Shown here in pieces: positions 1 to 7,946 of a stretch of 32,000 nucleotides of DNA. Made by a program: the position numbers and the translations under genes. This DNA is from Aquifex aeolicus VF5 (lineage in GTDB: Bacteria > Aquificota > Aquificia > Aquificales > Aquificaceae): the NCBI RefSeq assembly GCF_000008625.1, contig NC_000918.1, forward strand, positions 690,001-722,000. The letters are read 5' to 3'. The number at the start of each line of letters is the position of its first letter. Position 1 is the stretch's first letter. The notes beneath the pieces are model-generated. The model did not search any database. It saw only the letters and a program-made list of their open reading frames with translations, and was not told where the DNA came from.

Positions 1-1992
1 TAAATAGCTCTGGTGATTTGGTGCAATTATAAAGGGAGGCTTGGGCAGGTTTTCAAGACCTCTCACGTCTATCCTGTGGTATAGCTTGAAGTAAAGTTTT
101 AAAAGCTTTCTTCCGAGTTCAAAGATGAGGGGGTAGTGGTAAAGCTCGTAAGGCTTTGCCTTTGTGAGTATATCTTTCCAGGAAACTTCTTTAGTATCCA
201 CACTTTTTTTCTTACTGCGAACGAGTTCTATGAGGTCCTTTACCACTAAATTTTTTGACAATTCCTCTTCCGAAAGACTGACTCCGAAGTTTGTCTCTAT
301 AAATCCAAGAAGTTCTACCTTAGCAAGGGAATCAAGCCCCAAGTCAATTTCGAGGTGATCTCCGGGTTTTACTTCCTTCTGAGAAATTTTTTCAAGAAAT
401 TCCTTTATTATTCTTCCTTCCTCCGTTTCAAATACGCTGTAATCCTCCGTTTTTTCTTCTTTTATTTCTTCAGCCTTTTCGTAAATTTGCGGAAGCAAAA
501 ATCTCCTCAGTTTCCCCAGTCTAGTTTTGGGAAGTTCCGTTTTCACGATTTTGAACCCGACTACCCTCTTCCACTCCGGGAGTTCCCTGTTTACTTTGTC
601 TATTACTTCCCACTTTATCGTTTCTTCCAGATTAGTTATTCCTAATTCTTTAACTTTTTCAAAATCGGGGTAAATTAAAGCGAGGAGCTTGCCATCTTTT
701 TCAAAAACCCCGACTTCCTTTATGTATGGAGCTTTTGCAAGGATTTTACTCTCTATTTCCTCCGGGAATACGTTCTTACCGCTTCCGAGGACTATTATTT
801 CTTTCTTCCTTCCCGTTATGTATATATATCCTTCTTCGTCTATCTCTCCGAGATCTCCCGTGTAGAACCAACCGTTTATTATTACCTTTTGAGTTTCTTC
901 GGGTTTTTTCCAGTACCCCTTCATTACGTTGTCTCCGCGAACAATGATTTCCCCTTCACTCGTGGTCATCACTTCAACGCCTTTTATCGGTACACCCACC
1001 GAGCCCAGTTTTATTCTGTTCGGAGGATTAAAAGAAACTATCGGAGAGGTTTCCGTGAGTCCGTAGCCTTCTATTACGGTAAACCCGAGTGTTGTTAAGT
1101 CCTGGGCGATATCCAGAGGTAGTTTTGCCCCTCCGCTTACCATGTACTTTATCCTTCCACCAAAGGCATCGTGAACTTTTTTAAAAACCGTTTTTCTTAT
1201 TTTCTGGTTTTTAACTTTTTTCATTAATTTAAATAAATTTTTCGCGAGAACGTTTTTGTTTATCTCCTCCATAATCCTTCTGTGGAAGAGCTGGTAAAGC
1301 CTCGGAACACCTATTAAAACGGTTATCTGGTACTTCTGAAGTTTCTCGATTATGTCTTCCGGTGTTAACTTATCCAGAAAAACTACCGTTGCACCAAGGT
1401 AAAGAGGCAATAACATAGTAGTCATAAGCGGGTACATATGGTGGAAGGGGAGAATGGCGAGGGTTTTGTCTTCCTTTCCCGCTATTCCTACCTCCGATAC
1501 ACCTCTTATATTTGACATGAGGTTTTTGAAGGTAAGCATAACACCTTTTGGATTTCCCGTAGTTCCAGAGGTGTAAGGAAGAACGGCTACATCGTCTTCA
1601 TCTCTCCTCACTATACCTTCCCACGGAGTGGGTAGTACAAGGTTGTCCACGTTTACGATTTCTACTTTCAAATCTTCAGAGGCTTCCCTGACCCTCGGAT
1701 AAGTTTCATCTGAACAGAAAATTATTGAAGGTTCTGCGTCTTCAAGAATGTACCTTATCTCTTGAGGAGTTGACATAAAGTCTATGGGAACGACTATTCC
1801 ACCCTTTTTCCACGTTCCGTAAAAGGCGTAAACCCATTCGGGTCTATTTTCCATTACTATGCCTACTCTTTCGTTAGGCGTTATGTCCATTAAGTTTGCG
1901 AAAGAGGCTATATTTTCGAGGAGTTCAGCGTAGGAGATTTCGTTTCCTTGATGAATTAAAGCAGTTTTCCCGAAATCCCTCAAAAATTCCAT
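1..1992 (-). CDS. AMP-dependent acyl-CoA/acyl-carrier synthetase fused to a phosphopantetheine carrier domain and a PlsC-type acyltransferase (3' end runs off the window)
   Basis: Minus-strand frame is open from the ATG at 1990-1992 to position 1 (664 codons). It is absent from the ORF track because no stop lies in the window. Translation MEFLRDFGKTALIHQGNEISYAELLE... contains adenylation motifs LPYTSGTTGNPKGV and GYGLTETS, then the carrier motif DLGLDSL (Ser codon 328-330), then NHQSYL (start of the HX4D acyltransferase motif) at 1-18. Confidence 0.85.
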   Translation of the reverse strand, partial: MEFLRDFGKTALIHQGNEISYAELLENIASFANLMDITPNERVGIVMENRPEWVYAFYGTWKKGGIVVPIDFMSTPQEIRYILEDAEPSIIFCSDETYPRVREASEDLKVEIVNVDNLVLPTPWEGIVRRDEDDVAVLPYTSGTTGNPKGVMLTFKNLMSNIRGVSEVGIAGKEDKTLAILPFHHMYPLMTTMLLPLYLGATVVFLDKLTPEDIIEKLQKYQITVLIGVPRLYQLFHRRIMEEINKNVLAKNLFKLMKKVKNQKIRKTVFKKVHDAFGGRIKYMVSGGAKLPLDIAQDLTTLGFTVIEGYGLTETSPIVSFNPPNRIKLGSVGVPIKGVEVMTTSEGEIIVRGDNVMKGYWKKPEETQKVIINGWFYTGDLGEIDEEGYIYITGRKKEIIVLGSGKNVFPEEIESKILAKAPYIKEVGVFEKDGKLLALIYPDFEKVKELGITNLEETIKWEVIDKVNRELPEWKRVVGFKIVKTELPKTRLGKLRRFLLPQIYEKAEEIKEEKTEDYSVFETEEGRIIKEFLEKISQKEVKPGDHLEIDLGLDSLAKVELLGFIETNFGVSLSEEELSKNLVVKDLIELVRSKKKSVDTKEVSWKDILTKAKPYELYHYPLIFELGRKLLKLYFKLYHRIDVRGLENLPKPPFIIAPNHQSYL

Positions 1993-2062
1993 ATAAATAC
2001 TTTAAAGCTAAATCTGGATAAGAAAAGTTATGCGAGAAAGAGAAACGATAGCGTATTTCCAA

Positions 2063-2224
2063 GGAACAATCCCTTATTGTTAGGGCGTAACTGACACCAG
2101 CAGGTCCTATCACAAGTCCCATCAAAAGGTCGCAATCCCTCACTATTAGGGCGTAACCGGTCCAAGTTGTTCCATCAGAAGAAACAGAAATGGTGTCGCA
2201 ATCCCTCACTATTAGGGCGTAACC
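2063..2224 (-). CRISPR. Orphan mini-CRISPR array: 3 repeats of 30 nt and 2 spacers of 36 nt
   Basis: Identical repeats gtcgcaatccctcactattagggcgtaacc at 2129-2158 and 2195-2224, period 66 nt. A degenerate copy ggaacaatcccttattgttagggcgtaact sits at 2063-2092 (about 7 mismatches). Unique spacers lie at 2093-2128 and 2159-2194. The reverse complement GGTTACGCCCTAATAGTGAGGGATTGCGAC starts GTT and ends ATTGCGAC, which is ATTGAAAC-like. The degenerate copy is then the trailer-end repeat, so minus-strand transcription is inferred. Confidence 0.7.
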
Positions 2225-2466
2225 CTGCGTGCCTGTGTCTAAAAAATAACGCTTTATCAACAACTTATTAGACACCCGATCCTCCCGAAACGAATGTTAA
2301 TTTCCGCTAACCCGAGGTTCCGCAAACTTGAGCATACCTTTATAAAATTTCCATCCTTGATTTTCAATCCCTTAAAGCTTATTGCATCATGATTTCATCT
2401 CATCACGCCCTCAAAACATCACTCGTTAAGACCCATAAACCATATTCACTTGCCAAGGAGCCCGAA

Positions 2467-2482
2467 AGCCCTCAGCAGGGCT
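2467..2482 (-). terminator. Possible terminator hairpin downstream of the motA-motB-motB operon
   Basis: AGCCCT-CAGC-AGGGCT forms a 6-bp stem 14 nt beyond the motB stop at 2496. The U-tract is only TTT on the minus strand, so support is weak. Confidence 0.3.
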
Positions 2483-2495
2483 TTAAATTATTATA

Positions 2496-3170
2496 CTACT
2501 TCTTTTCTCTCTTTACGTAAATGTTTATCTCCACTCTGTTGTTCCTTTCAATCAGGACGCTCTGGCGCCACCTGTAAAGGGGACGTTTGTCGCCGTAGGA
2601 TACCGCAACGAGTTTATCGTGGGGAACGCCTCTGTTTTCGAGGTAACGGATAACTTCGGTTGCCCTTCTGCCCGCGAGTTCCCACTTGTTTCTAATAATT
2701 GGATTTTTTATTTCTACCGTAGGGCCAACGTGCCCTTCCACCCTTATACTGGAAATTTCGTCAGAAAGAGCTATCAAAAGAGGGGCTATTTCTTCAAGGG
2801 TTTTTCTTCCCTTTTCTGTTAACTTATAATCGCCGTTTTCAAAGAAAATCCTGTCAAAAAGTCTGAGTTTTATGTATTCTTCCGCAACTACAACCTGATA
2901 AGCCCAGGGAGGCAAAACCTTACTTATACGTTTTTTTATCTTGACCGCGTAATCCTTCGGATGAGTAATAGGAGGGACAACGGAATTCTTAGGAGGATAA
3001 AGTTCTGGATTTTTCCTGAAGTAAGATAAAAACTTTTCAAGGGCGGGTATCTCAAGGGTACTCATGGCGTACAAGAGTATGAAAAATGTAAGAAGCAGGG
3101 ACATTAAGTCGGAAAAGGAAGTGAGCCAAGCTGGCGGTTTTGGACACTCTTCCTTCTTCTTGTAAGCCAT
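2496..3170 (-). CDS. motB: Flagellar stator protein MotB paralog (distal copy), OmpA-like C-terminal domain
   Basis: 224 aa. N-terminus MAYKKKEECPKPPAWLTSFSDLMSLLLTFFILLY carries the conserved Asp and a single TM segment. The C-terminus has the OmpA/MotB peptidoglycan-binding pattern (NRVEINIY). It follows motA and another motB. Confidence 0.85.
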   Translation of the reverse strand: MAYKKKEECPKPPAWLTSFSDLMSLLLTFFILLYAMSTLEIPALEKFLSYFRKNPELYPPKNSVVPPITHPKDYAVKIKKRISKVLPPWAYQVVVAEEYIKLRLFDRIFFENGDYKLTEKGRKTLEEIAPLLIALSDEISSIRVEGHVGPTVEIKNPIIRNKWELAGRRATEVIRYLENRGVPHDKLVAVSYGDKRPLYRWRQSVLIERNNRVEINIYVKREKK

Positions 3171-3180
3171 GTTTCCCTCC

Positions 3181-3888
3181 TCAGGGAAGGAGCTTTACGC
3201 AGAACTCCACTCTCCTGTTTTTTTGCCTGCCCTGTGGTGTGTCGTTGCTCGCTATCGGCTTTGTGTCCGCGTAGCCAAGGGCACTGAGTTTGTCCGAAGG
3301 GTAACCGCATTCTTTTTCAAAGACCTCTATTACGCTTATTGCCCTTGCCATAGAGAGTTCCCAGTTGCTGGGAAATCTCGGCGTGCTTATGGGTCTGTTG
3401 TCAGTATGACCTTCTATATCCACGGGTAATGCGTAAGGTTTTAACTTGTAGCAAAGACCGAGTATAAGCCCCTTTGCTTCCTTCATGAGTGTGTCCTCGC
3501 CGGGTGGGAAAAACTTATCCGTGTTTACACGTATCCTCAAACACTCACCTGTTAGGGCGTAATCGCTCCATATGCCTCTTTTGCTCATCTCGGCCTTTAT
3601 CTCCTGAGCTACTTTCTTGAGTTCCTTGTACTTTATTTTCCGAAAGTGAAAGTTCTCCATAGGTATTTCTATCCTTCTACCTTCAGGCATAGTTCCTTCT
3701 TCAAAGACTACGGACTGCGCCCCGAAGGCTGAAACTATTCCCTTCAGAACCTGATAAAACTTCTCAAGGGAGATTATGCTCATGGAGTAGAGAAGGATAA
3801 AGAAGGTAAGTAGGAGTGACATGAGGTCTCCAAAAGACGTGAGCCATGCGGGCGGTTTTGGACATTCCTCCTTTTTCTTGTAAGCCAT
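3181..3888 (-). CDS. motB: Flagellar stator protein MotB paralog (proximal copy), OmpA-like C-terminal domain
   Basis: 235 aa. N-terminus MAYKKKEECPKPPAWLTSFGDLMSLLLTFFILLY; C-terminus ...GRQKNRRVEF is OmpA-like. It lies 3 nt downstream of motA. Confidence 0.85.
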   Translation of the reverse strand: MAYKKKEECPKPPAWLTSFGDLMSLLLTFFILLYSMSIISLEKFYQVLKGIVSAFGAQSVVFEEGTMPEGRRIEIPMENFHFRKIKYKELKKVAQEIKAEMSKRGIWSDYALTGECLRIRVNTDKFFPPGEDTLMKEAKGLILGLCYKLKPYALPVDIEGHTDNRPISTPRFPSNWELSMARAISVIEVFEKECGYPSDKLSALGYADTKPIASNDTPQGRQKNRRVEFCVKLLP

Positions 3889-3891
3889 CCG

Positions 3892-4656
3892 TTAAACCTC
3901 TTCGGGCAGTTCAACGCCGAGCATAATGGCGGCTTCCTGCTTGACGACGTTTGGATTTTCTCCCTTCTGTATCTTTTCAATAGCCTCTATGTAAATGGTC
4001 TTTACGAGAACTTCCATGTCCTTTGCTTTTTTGAGTTTGTTTGCCACGGGAATTGCAAAAGCGTTTGCGAGGATTGCACCGTAAAGGGTCGTTATCAAAG
4101 CAACTGCCATACCGGGCCCAAGAGCGGAAGGGTCGTTTAAGTTCCTGAGCATCTGTATAAGACCTATCAGCGTTCCTATCATACCGAAGGCGGGGAAAAG
4201 GTCTGCGAGCTTTTCCCACACCGCGACTTCCGTTGACATCTTTTCGTCCAGTTGTGCCAGCGCCATCTCAGCTGTGGCCTTTATGTCGTTTATGTCTATG
4301 CCGTCCACGAGCATTCTTATCATGTCTCCCAGAAGCGGATCTTTCTGGTAGTAAAGTTCTATGTCTCCCTCAAGGGCGAGTATCCCTTCCTTCCTCACCT
4401 TTGAAGCTATCTCACCAATCGTCTCTATAACGTCGTTGAGGTCGGGAGGTTTCCAGAGGAACGCCTTTTTTATAGCGAGAACGCCCCTTATAAAGTCCTT
4501 TAAGGGAAATGCTCCCATGGCGGCGGCCATACCACCGCCAACGACGATGAAGATTGAAGGAACGTTTATGAACGCAGTTATACTTCCGCCTATTAAAATA
4601 GATATGAGTATGAGTAAGAAGGCAGCGATAATACCTATAATCGTTCCTACGTCCAT
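3892..4656 (-). CDS. motA: Flagellar motor stator protein MotA/PomA
   Basis: 254 aa with four TM segments. Contains the MotA/TolQ/ExbB channel signature ...FPAFGMIGTLIGLIQML...ALITTLYGAILAN.... Confidence 0.9.
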   Translation of the reverse strand: MDVGTIIGIIAAFLLILISILIGGSITAFINVPSIFIVVGGGMAAAMGAFPLKDFIRGVLAIKKAFLWKPPDLNDVIETIGEIASKVRKEGILALEGDIELYYQKDPLLGDMIRMLVDGIDINDIKATAEMALAQLDEKMSTEVAVWEKLADLFPAFGMIGTLIGLIQMLRNLNDPSALGPGMAVALITTLYGAILANAFAIPVANKLKKAKDMEVLVKTIYIEAIEKIQKGENPNVVKQEAAIMLGVELPEEV

Positions 4657-4698
4657 TTCTAAATAAATTTATCGGATTTCCTTTTTAAAATTTAAATT

Positions 4699-5013
4699 AT
4701 GAACGGATACTACGTAGTTTTAATAACCGTGCCCGTGGACAAAGGGGAGGAGCTTTCAAACTTTATAGTGGAGAATAAACTCGGAGCATGCGTTAACGTT
4801 GTTCCGGAAGTTAACTCCGTTTACTGGTGGAAAGGGAATATTGAAAAGGACAAGGAAGCCCTTCTCGTGGTAAAGACCTCCGCACAGAAGTTCAAGGAAT
4901 TATTGGAGAAGGTAAAGAGCGTTCATCCCTACACTGTTCCCGAAATAATAGCCCTTCCGATACTTGCAGGAAATCCAGATTATCTAAACTGGATTGAGGA
5001 CAGCCTTAAATGA
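4699..5013 (+). CDS. cutA: Divalent-cation tolerance protein CutA
   Basis: 104 aa with a typical CutA1 pattern: LGACVNV..V.S.Y.WKG.I....E..L..KT......L...V...HPY..PEI. Confidence 0.9.
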   Translation: MNGYYVVLITVPVDKGEELSNFIVENKLGACVNVVPEVNSVYWWKGNIEKDKEALLVVKTSAQKFKELLEKVKSVHPYTVPEIIALPILAGNPDYLNWIEDSLK

Positions 5014-7946
5014 GACCTCTAAAGCTTGAAGTAAAGGGCTTTACCGTTTACAAAAAGCCACAGGTAATAGACTTCACTCCCTTGAAGTTCTTCGTCATAC
5101 AAGGGAAAACGGGAGCGGGAAAGACGAGCATAATAGACGCAATCACCTACGCTCTCTACGGAAAAGTGCCGAGGTACGGGGCAAGCGTTGCAACGAAGTA
5201 CGTCCTTTCCCGTGGAGAAAAAGAGTTAAAGGTAGCCCTCGACTTTTCCCTGAGGGGGAGAAATTACAGGGTTGAGAGGTATTACAGGGAGTTCCCAGAG
5301 GACTCTCAGGTAAGGGTGTACGAGGAGGGAAGAAGGCTAAACATAAAAGCCAACGAGGTGGAAAAGTGGCTCTTTAAGATTTCAGGGCTCGATTACAAGA
5401 CCTTCACAAAAGTAATACTCCTTCCACAGGGGGAGTTTGACAGATTTTTAAAGGAGTCCTCCGAGAGAAAGAAAATACTCATAAACCTCCTCGGACTGGA
5501 AGAACTTGAAAAAGTAAGACAACTCGCAAGCGAAACCTTCAAGAACTTAGAGGGAAAGAGGGAAGCCCTAAAGAAAGAGTACGAACTCCTCAAAGACTAC
5601 ACACCAACAAAAAAAGAAGTTCTGGAAAAAACCCTGAAAAATTTAGAAGAAGAACTGAAAGAACTGAAGGAAACGGAGGAAAAATTAAGGCAGGAACTCA
5701 AAAAAGCGGAAGAAAAAGATAGCCTTGAAAGGGAACTTTCTCAAGTTGTGACAAAATTAAAGGAACTGGAAAATTTAGAAAAAGAAGTAGAAAAACTAAG
5801 GGAAAAGTTAGAATTCTCAAGAAAGGTAGCTCCTTACGTTCCCATAGCGAAGAGGATTGAGGAAATAGACAAAAAATTAACGGAATTGAAGGTCAGGAAA
5901 AATAAACTCACCAAGGAGCTCGCAGTTTTAAAAGATGAACTTTCCTTTGCACAGGAAGAATTAAACAGGATTGAAGCGGAAAAGGAGAAGTTCAAGGAAG
6001 AAAAGGAAAGGGAAAAGGAACTGGAGCACAGGCTTAAAAAACTGCAGGAAATAAAGGAAATCTTAAAGGAACTCTCTCAACTCTCATCAAGCTTGAAGGA
6101 AAAAGAAAGAGAATACGAACAGGCGAAGCAAGAGTTTGAGGATTTATCCGAGAGGGTGGAAAAGGGGAAAAAACTCGTTGCTGAAACCGAAGAAAAACTT
6201 GAAAAGATAAAGGAACTTTTCTCTGAAGAGGAATACACGAGCTTAAAAATGAAAGAAAGACTCCTCGTTGAACTTCAAAGAAAGTTAAAGGAACTAAAAG
6301 AAAAGGAAGGACAACTGGAAAATTTAACGCAAAAATACAAAGAAAAGAAAAAAGTTCACGAAAAAGTTTTAAATGAATTGAAAGAGCTTGAAAGGGAGTT
6401 AAAGGAAAGGGAACTCCACTACCACGCTCACATGGTAGCCAGCTATCTCTCTCCCGGAGATACGTGTCCCGTTTGCGGAGGAATATACAGGGGAAAGGCT
6501 CTGGAAAACGTGGACGCGGAAGGCATATCCGAACTGAAGCACGCTAAGGAACTGAAGGAAAAAGAAGAGAGGGAAATCGACACAACTCTGAAACTCTACG
6601 CCCAGAAGATTAATTCCTTAAAAGAGGAAATGGAGAAGTTAAGGAATGAGGTGGAGGAACTCAGGAAAGAAATCCCTGAAAACCTTAAAGAAAGGATAAA
6701 GAAACTTGAAGAATTAAGAATTGAAAAGGAGAAATTAGAACATAAACTGAATAAGTACAGAAAGGCTTTAGAAGATAGACAAAAGCAAAAGGAAGAAGCA
6801 CAGGCAAAACTCCACAAAGCTCAAACAGAATTAGAACTCCTGAAGGAGAAAATAAGGGAAAAGAGTAGGCTCGTTAAGGAATTTAAAGAACTCTACCGTG
6901 TTGAAAGACTAGAAGACTACGAAGAAAGCTTAAAGGAGGAGATAAATTACATTAACTCAAAACTTCAGGAAATTGAAGAAAAGGAAAAGAAACTCAGGAA
7001 ACACTTTGAAGAACTCAGCTCCAGAAAGTCAAAGCTGGAAGGAGAACTCTCTGCCTTGAACGAAAGCATAAACTCCTTAGAAGAAGAGAGAAAGGAAAAA
7101 CTGAAGGAACTCGCAAACATTTACGAGGTCGCAAAATCTCCTAGGGAAGTTGTAGAGCTTTACCTCGGAGACAAAGAAGCGGAGCTTGAGAGGAAGATAA
7201 AGGAGTTTGAGGAAAGTTTTCAGTCTCTTAAACTCAAAAAGTCGGAAATTGAAGAAAAGCTTAAAGAATACGAAGGTATAAGGGAGTTAAGCGATATAAA
7301 AGGAGAGTACGAAAGTGTAAAAACGCAATTAGAAGAAAAACACAAAAAGCTCGGAGAGGTTAAAAGGGAGCTTGAACACCTCGGAGAAAGGCTCAAGAGA
7401 AAGGAGGAGCTCCAGAAGGAGATTTCCGAACTTGAAAAGAAGTTAGAAGTATACAGAGTGATAAGCAATGACTTCCGGGGAGACAGGTTCCAGAAGTACG
7501 TCTCGGAGATAATGCTCCAGAAGGTTGTAGACAGGGCGAGTGAGTACTTCTACAAATTTACGGGAAATTACTTCTTTGAGCTCGAAAGGGCGACGAAGGG
7601 AAGGGACAAGGACATAGTAGTTGTTGAGAGTTCTACGAGCCAGAGGAGACCGGTGAGCAGTCTGAGCGGTGGAGAGACCTTTTTGGCTAGCCTTTCCTTT
7701 GCCTTTGCGGTAAGCGATCTGCTTTCTGGAAGTGCAAACCTCGAGAGCCTCTTCATAGACGAAGGGTTCGGAAGTCTTGACCAGGACATGAGGGAGAGGG
7801 TAAGCGAAATTCTGGAAGCCATAAAGACAAACGTGAACAAGATGATAGGTATAGTCTCTCACATTCCGGACTTTGCGGAGAGATTTACGGAAAGGATAGT
7901 GGTGGAAAAGAAAGGGGACTACTCGGAAGTAAGGGTTATTTACTAA
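5010..7946 (+). CDS. sbcC: SbcC/Rad50-family DNA repair ATPase with zinc hook
   Basis: 978 aa. Walker A QGKTGAGKTS at the N-terminus, a long K/E-rich coiled coil, a central CPVCGG zinc hook, then the ABC signature LSGGE and Walker B LFIDEGFG at the C-terminus. The start overlaps the cutA stop (ATGA). Confidence 0.88.
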   Translation: MRPLKLEVKGFTVYKKPQVIDFTPLKFFVIQGKTGAGKTSIIDAITYALYGKVPRYGASVATKYVLSRGEKELKVALDFSLRGRNYRVERYYREFPEDSQVRVYEEGRRLNIKANEVEKWLFKISGLDYKTFTKVILLPQGEFDRFLKESSERKKILINLLGLEELEKVRQLASETFKNLEGKREALKKEYELLKDYTPTKKEVLEKTLKNLEEELKELKETEEKLRQELKKAEEKDSLERELSQVVTKLKELENLEKEVEKLREKLEFSRKVAPYVPIAKRIEEIDKKLTELKVRKNKLTKELAVLKDELSFAQEELNRIEAEKEKFKEEKEREKELEHRLKKLQEIKEILKELSQLSSSLKEKEREYEQAKQEFEDLSERVEKGKKLVAETEEKLEKIKELFSEEEYTSLKMKERLLVELQRKLKELKEKEGQLENLTQKYKEKKKVHEKVLNELKELERELKERELHYHAHMVASYLSPGDTCPVCGGIYRGKALENVDAEGISELKHAKELKEKEEREIDTTLKLYAQKINSLKEEMEKLRNEVEELRKEIPENLKERIKKLEELRIEKEKLEHKLNKYRKALEDRQKQKEEAQAKLHKAQTELELLKEKIREKSRLVKEFKELYRVERLEDYEESLKEEINYINSKLQEIEEKEKKLRKHFEELSSRKSKLEGELSALNESINSLEEERKEKLKELANIYEVAKSPREVVELYLGDKEAELERKIKEFEESFQSLKLKKSEIEEKLKEYEGIRELSDIKGEYESVKTQLEEKHKKLGEVKRELEHLGERLKRKEELQKEISELEKKLEVYRVISNDFRGDRFQKYVSEIMLQKVVDRASEYFYKFTGNYFFELERATKGRDKDIVVVESSTSQRRPVSSLSGGETFLASLSFAFAVSDLLSGSANLESLFIDEGFGSLDQDMRERVSEILEAIKTNVNKMIGIVSHIPDFAERFTERIVVEKKGDYSEVRVIY

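Noticed and set aside
1925-2275. 116-aa minus-strand ORF in the track
   Set aside because: Its translation repeats YALIVRDCD/YALTIRDC because it reads through the CRISPR repeats. It also overlaps the real start of the acyl synthetase gene. It is an artefact of the array, not a gene.
3552-3562. Exact 11-mer ttagggcgtaa, the core of the CRISPR repeat, inside the proximal motB gene
   Set aside because: Only the 11-mer and a few flanking bases match, and an indel is needed for more. It lies in a well-conserved coding frame (..YALTGE..) with no spacer-repeat periodicity. It is most likely coincidence, although a degenerate solo repeat cannot be formally excluded without a genome-wide repeat search.
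5393-7468. Several S/F/L-rich antisense ORFs (5393-5593, 6596-6817, 7220-7468) inside sbcC
   Set aside because: These are low-complexity shadows of the K/E-rich coiled-coil coding strand (AAG/GAA read backwards gives CTT/TTC). They have no independent signals.
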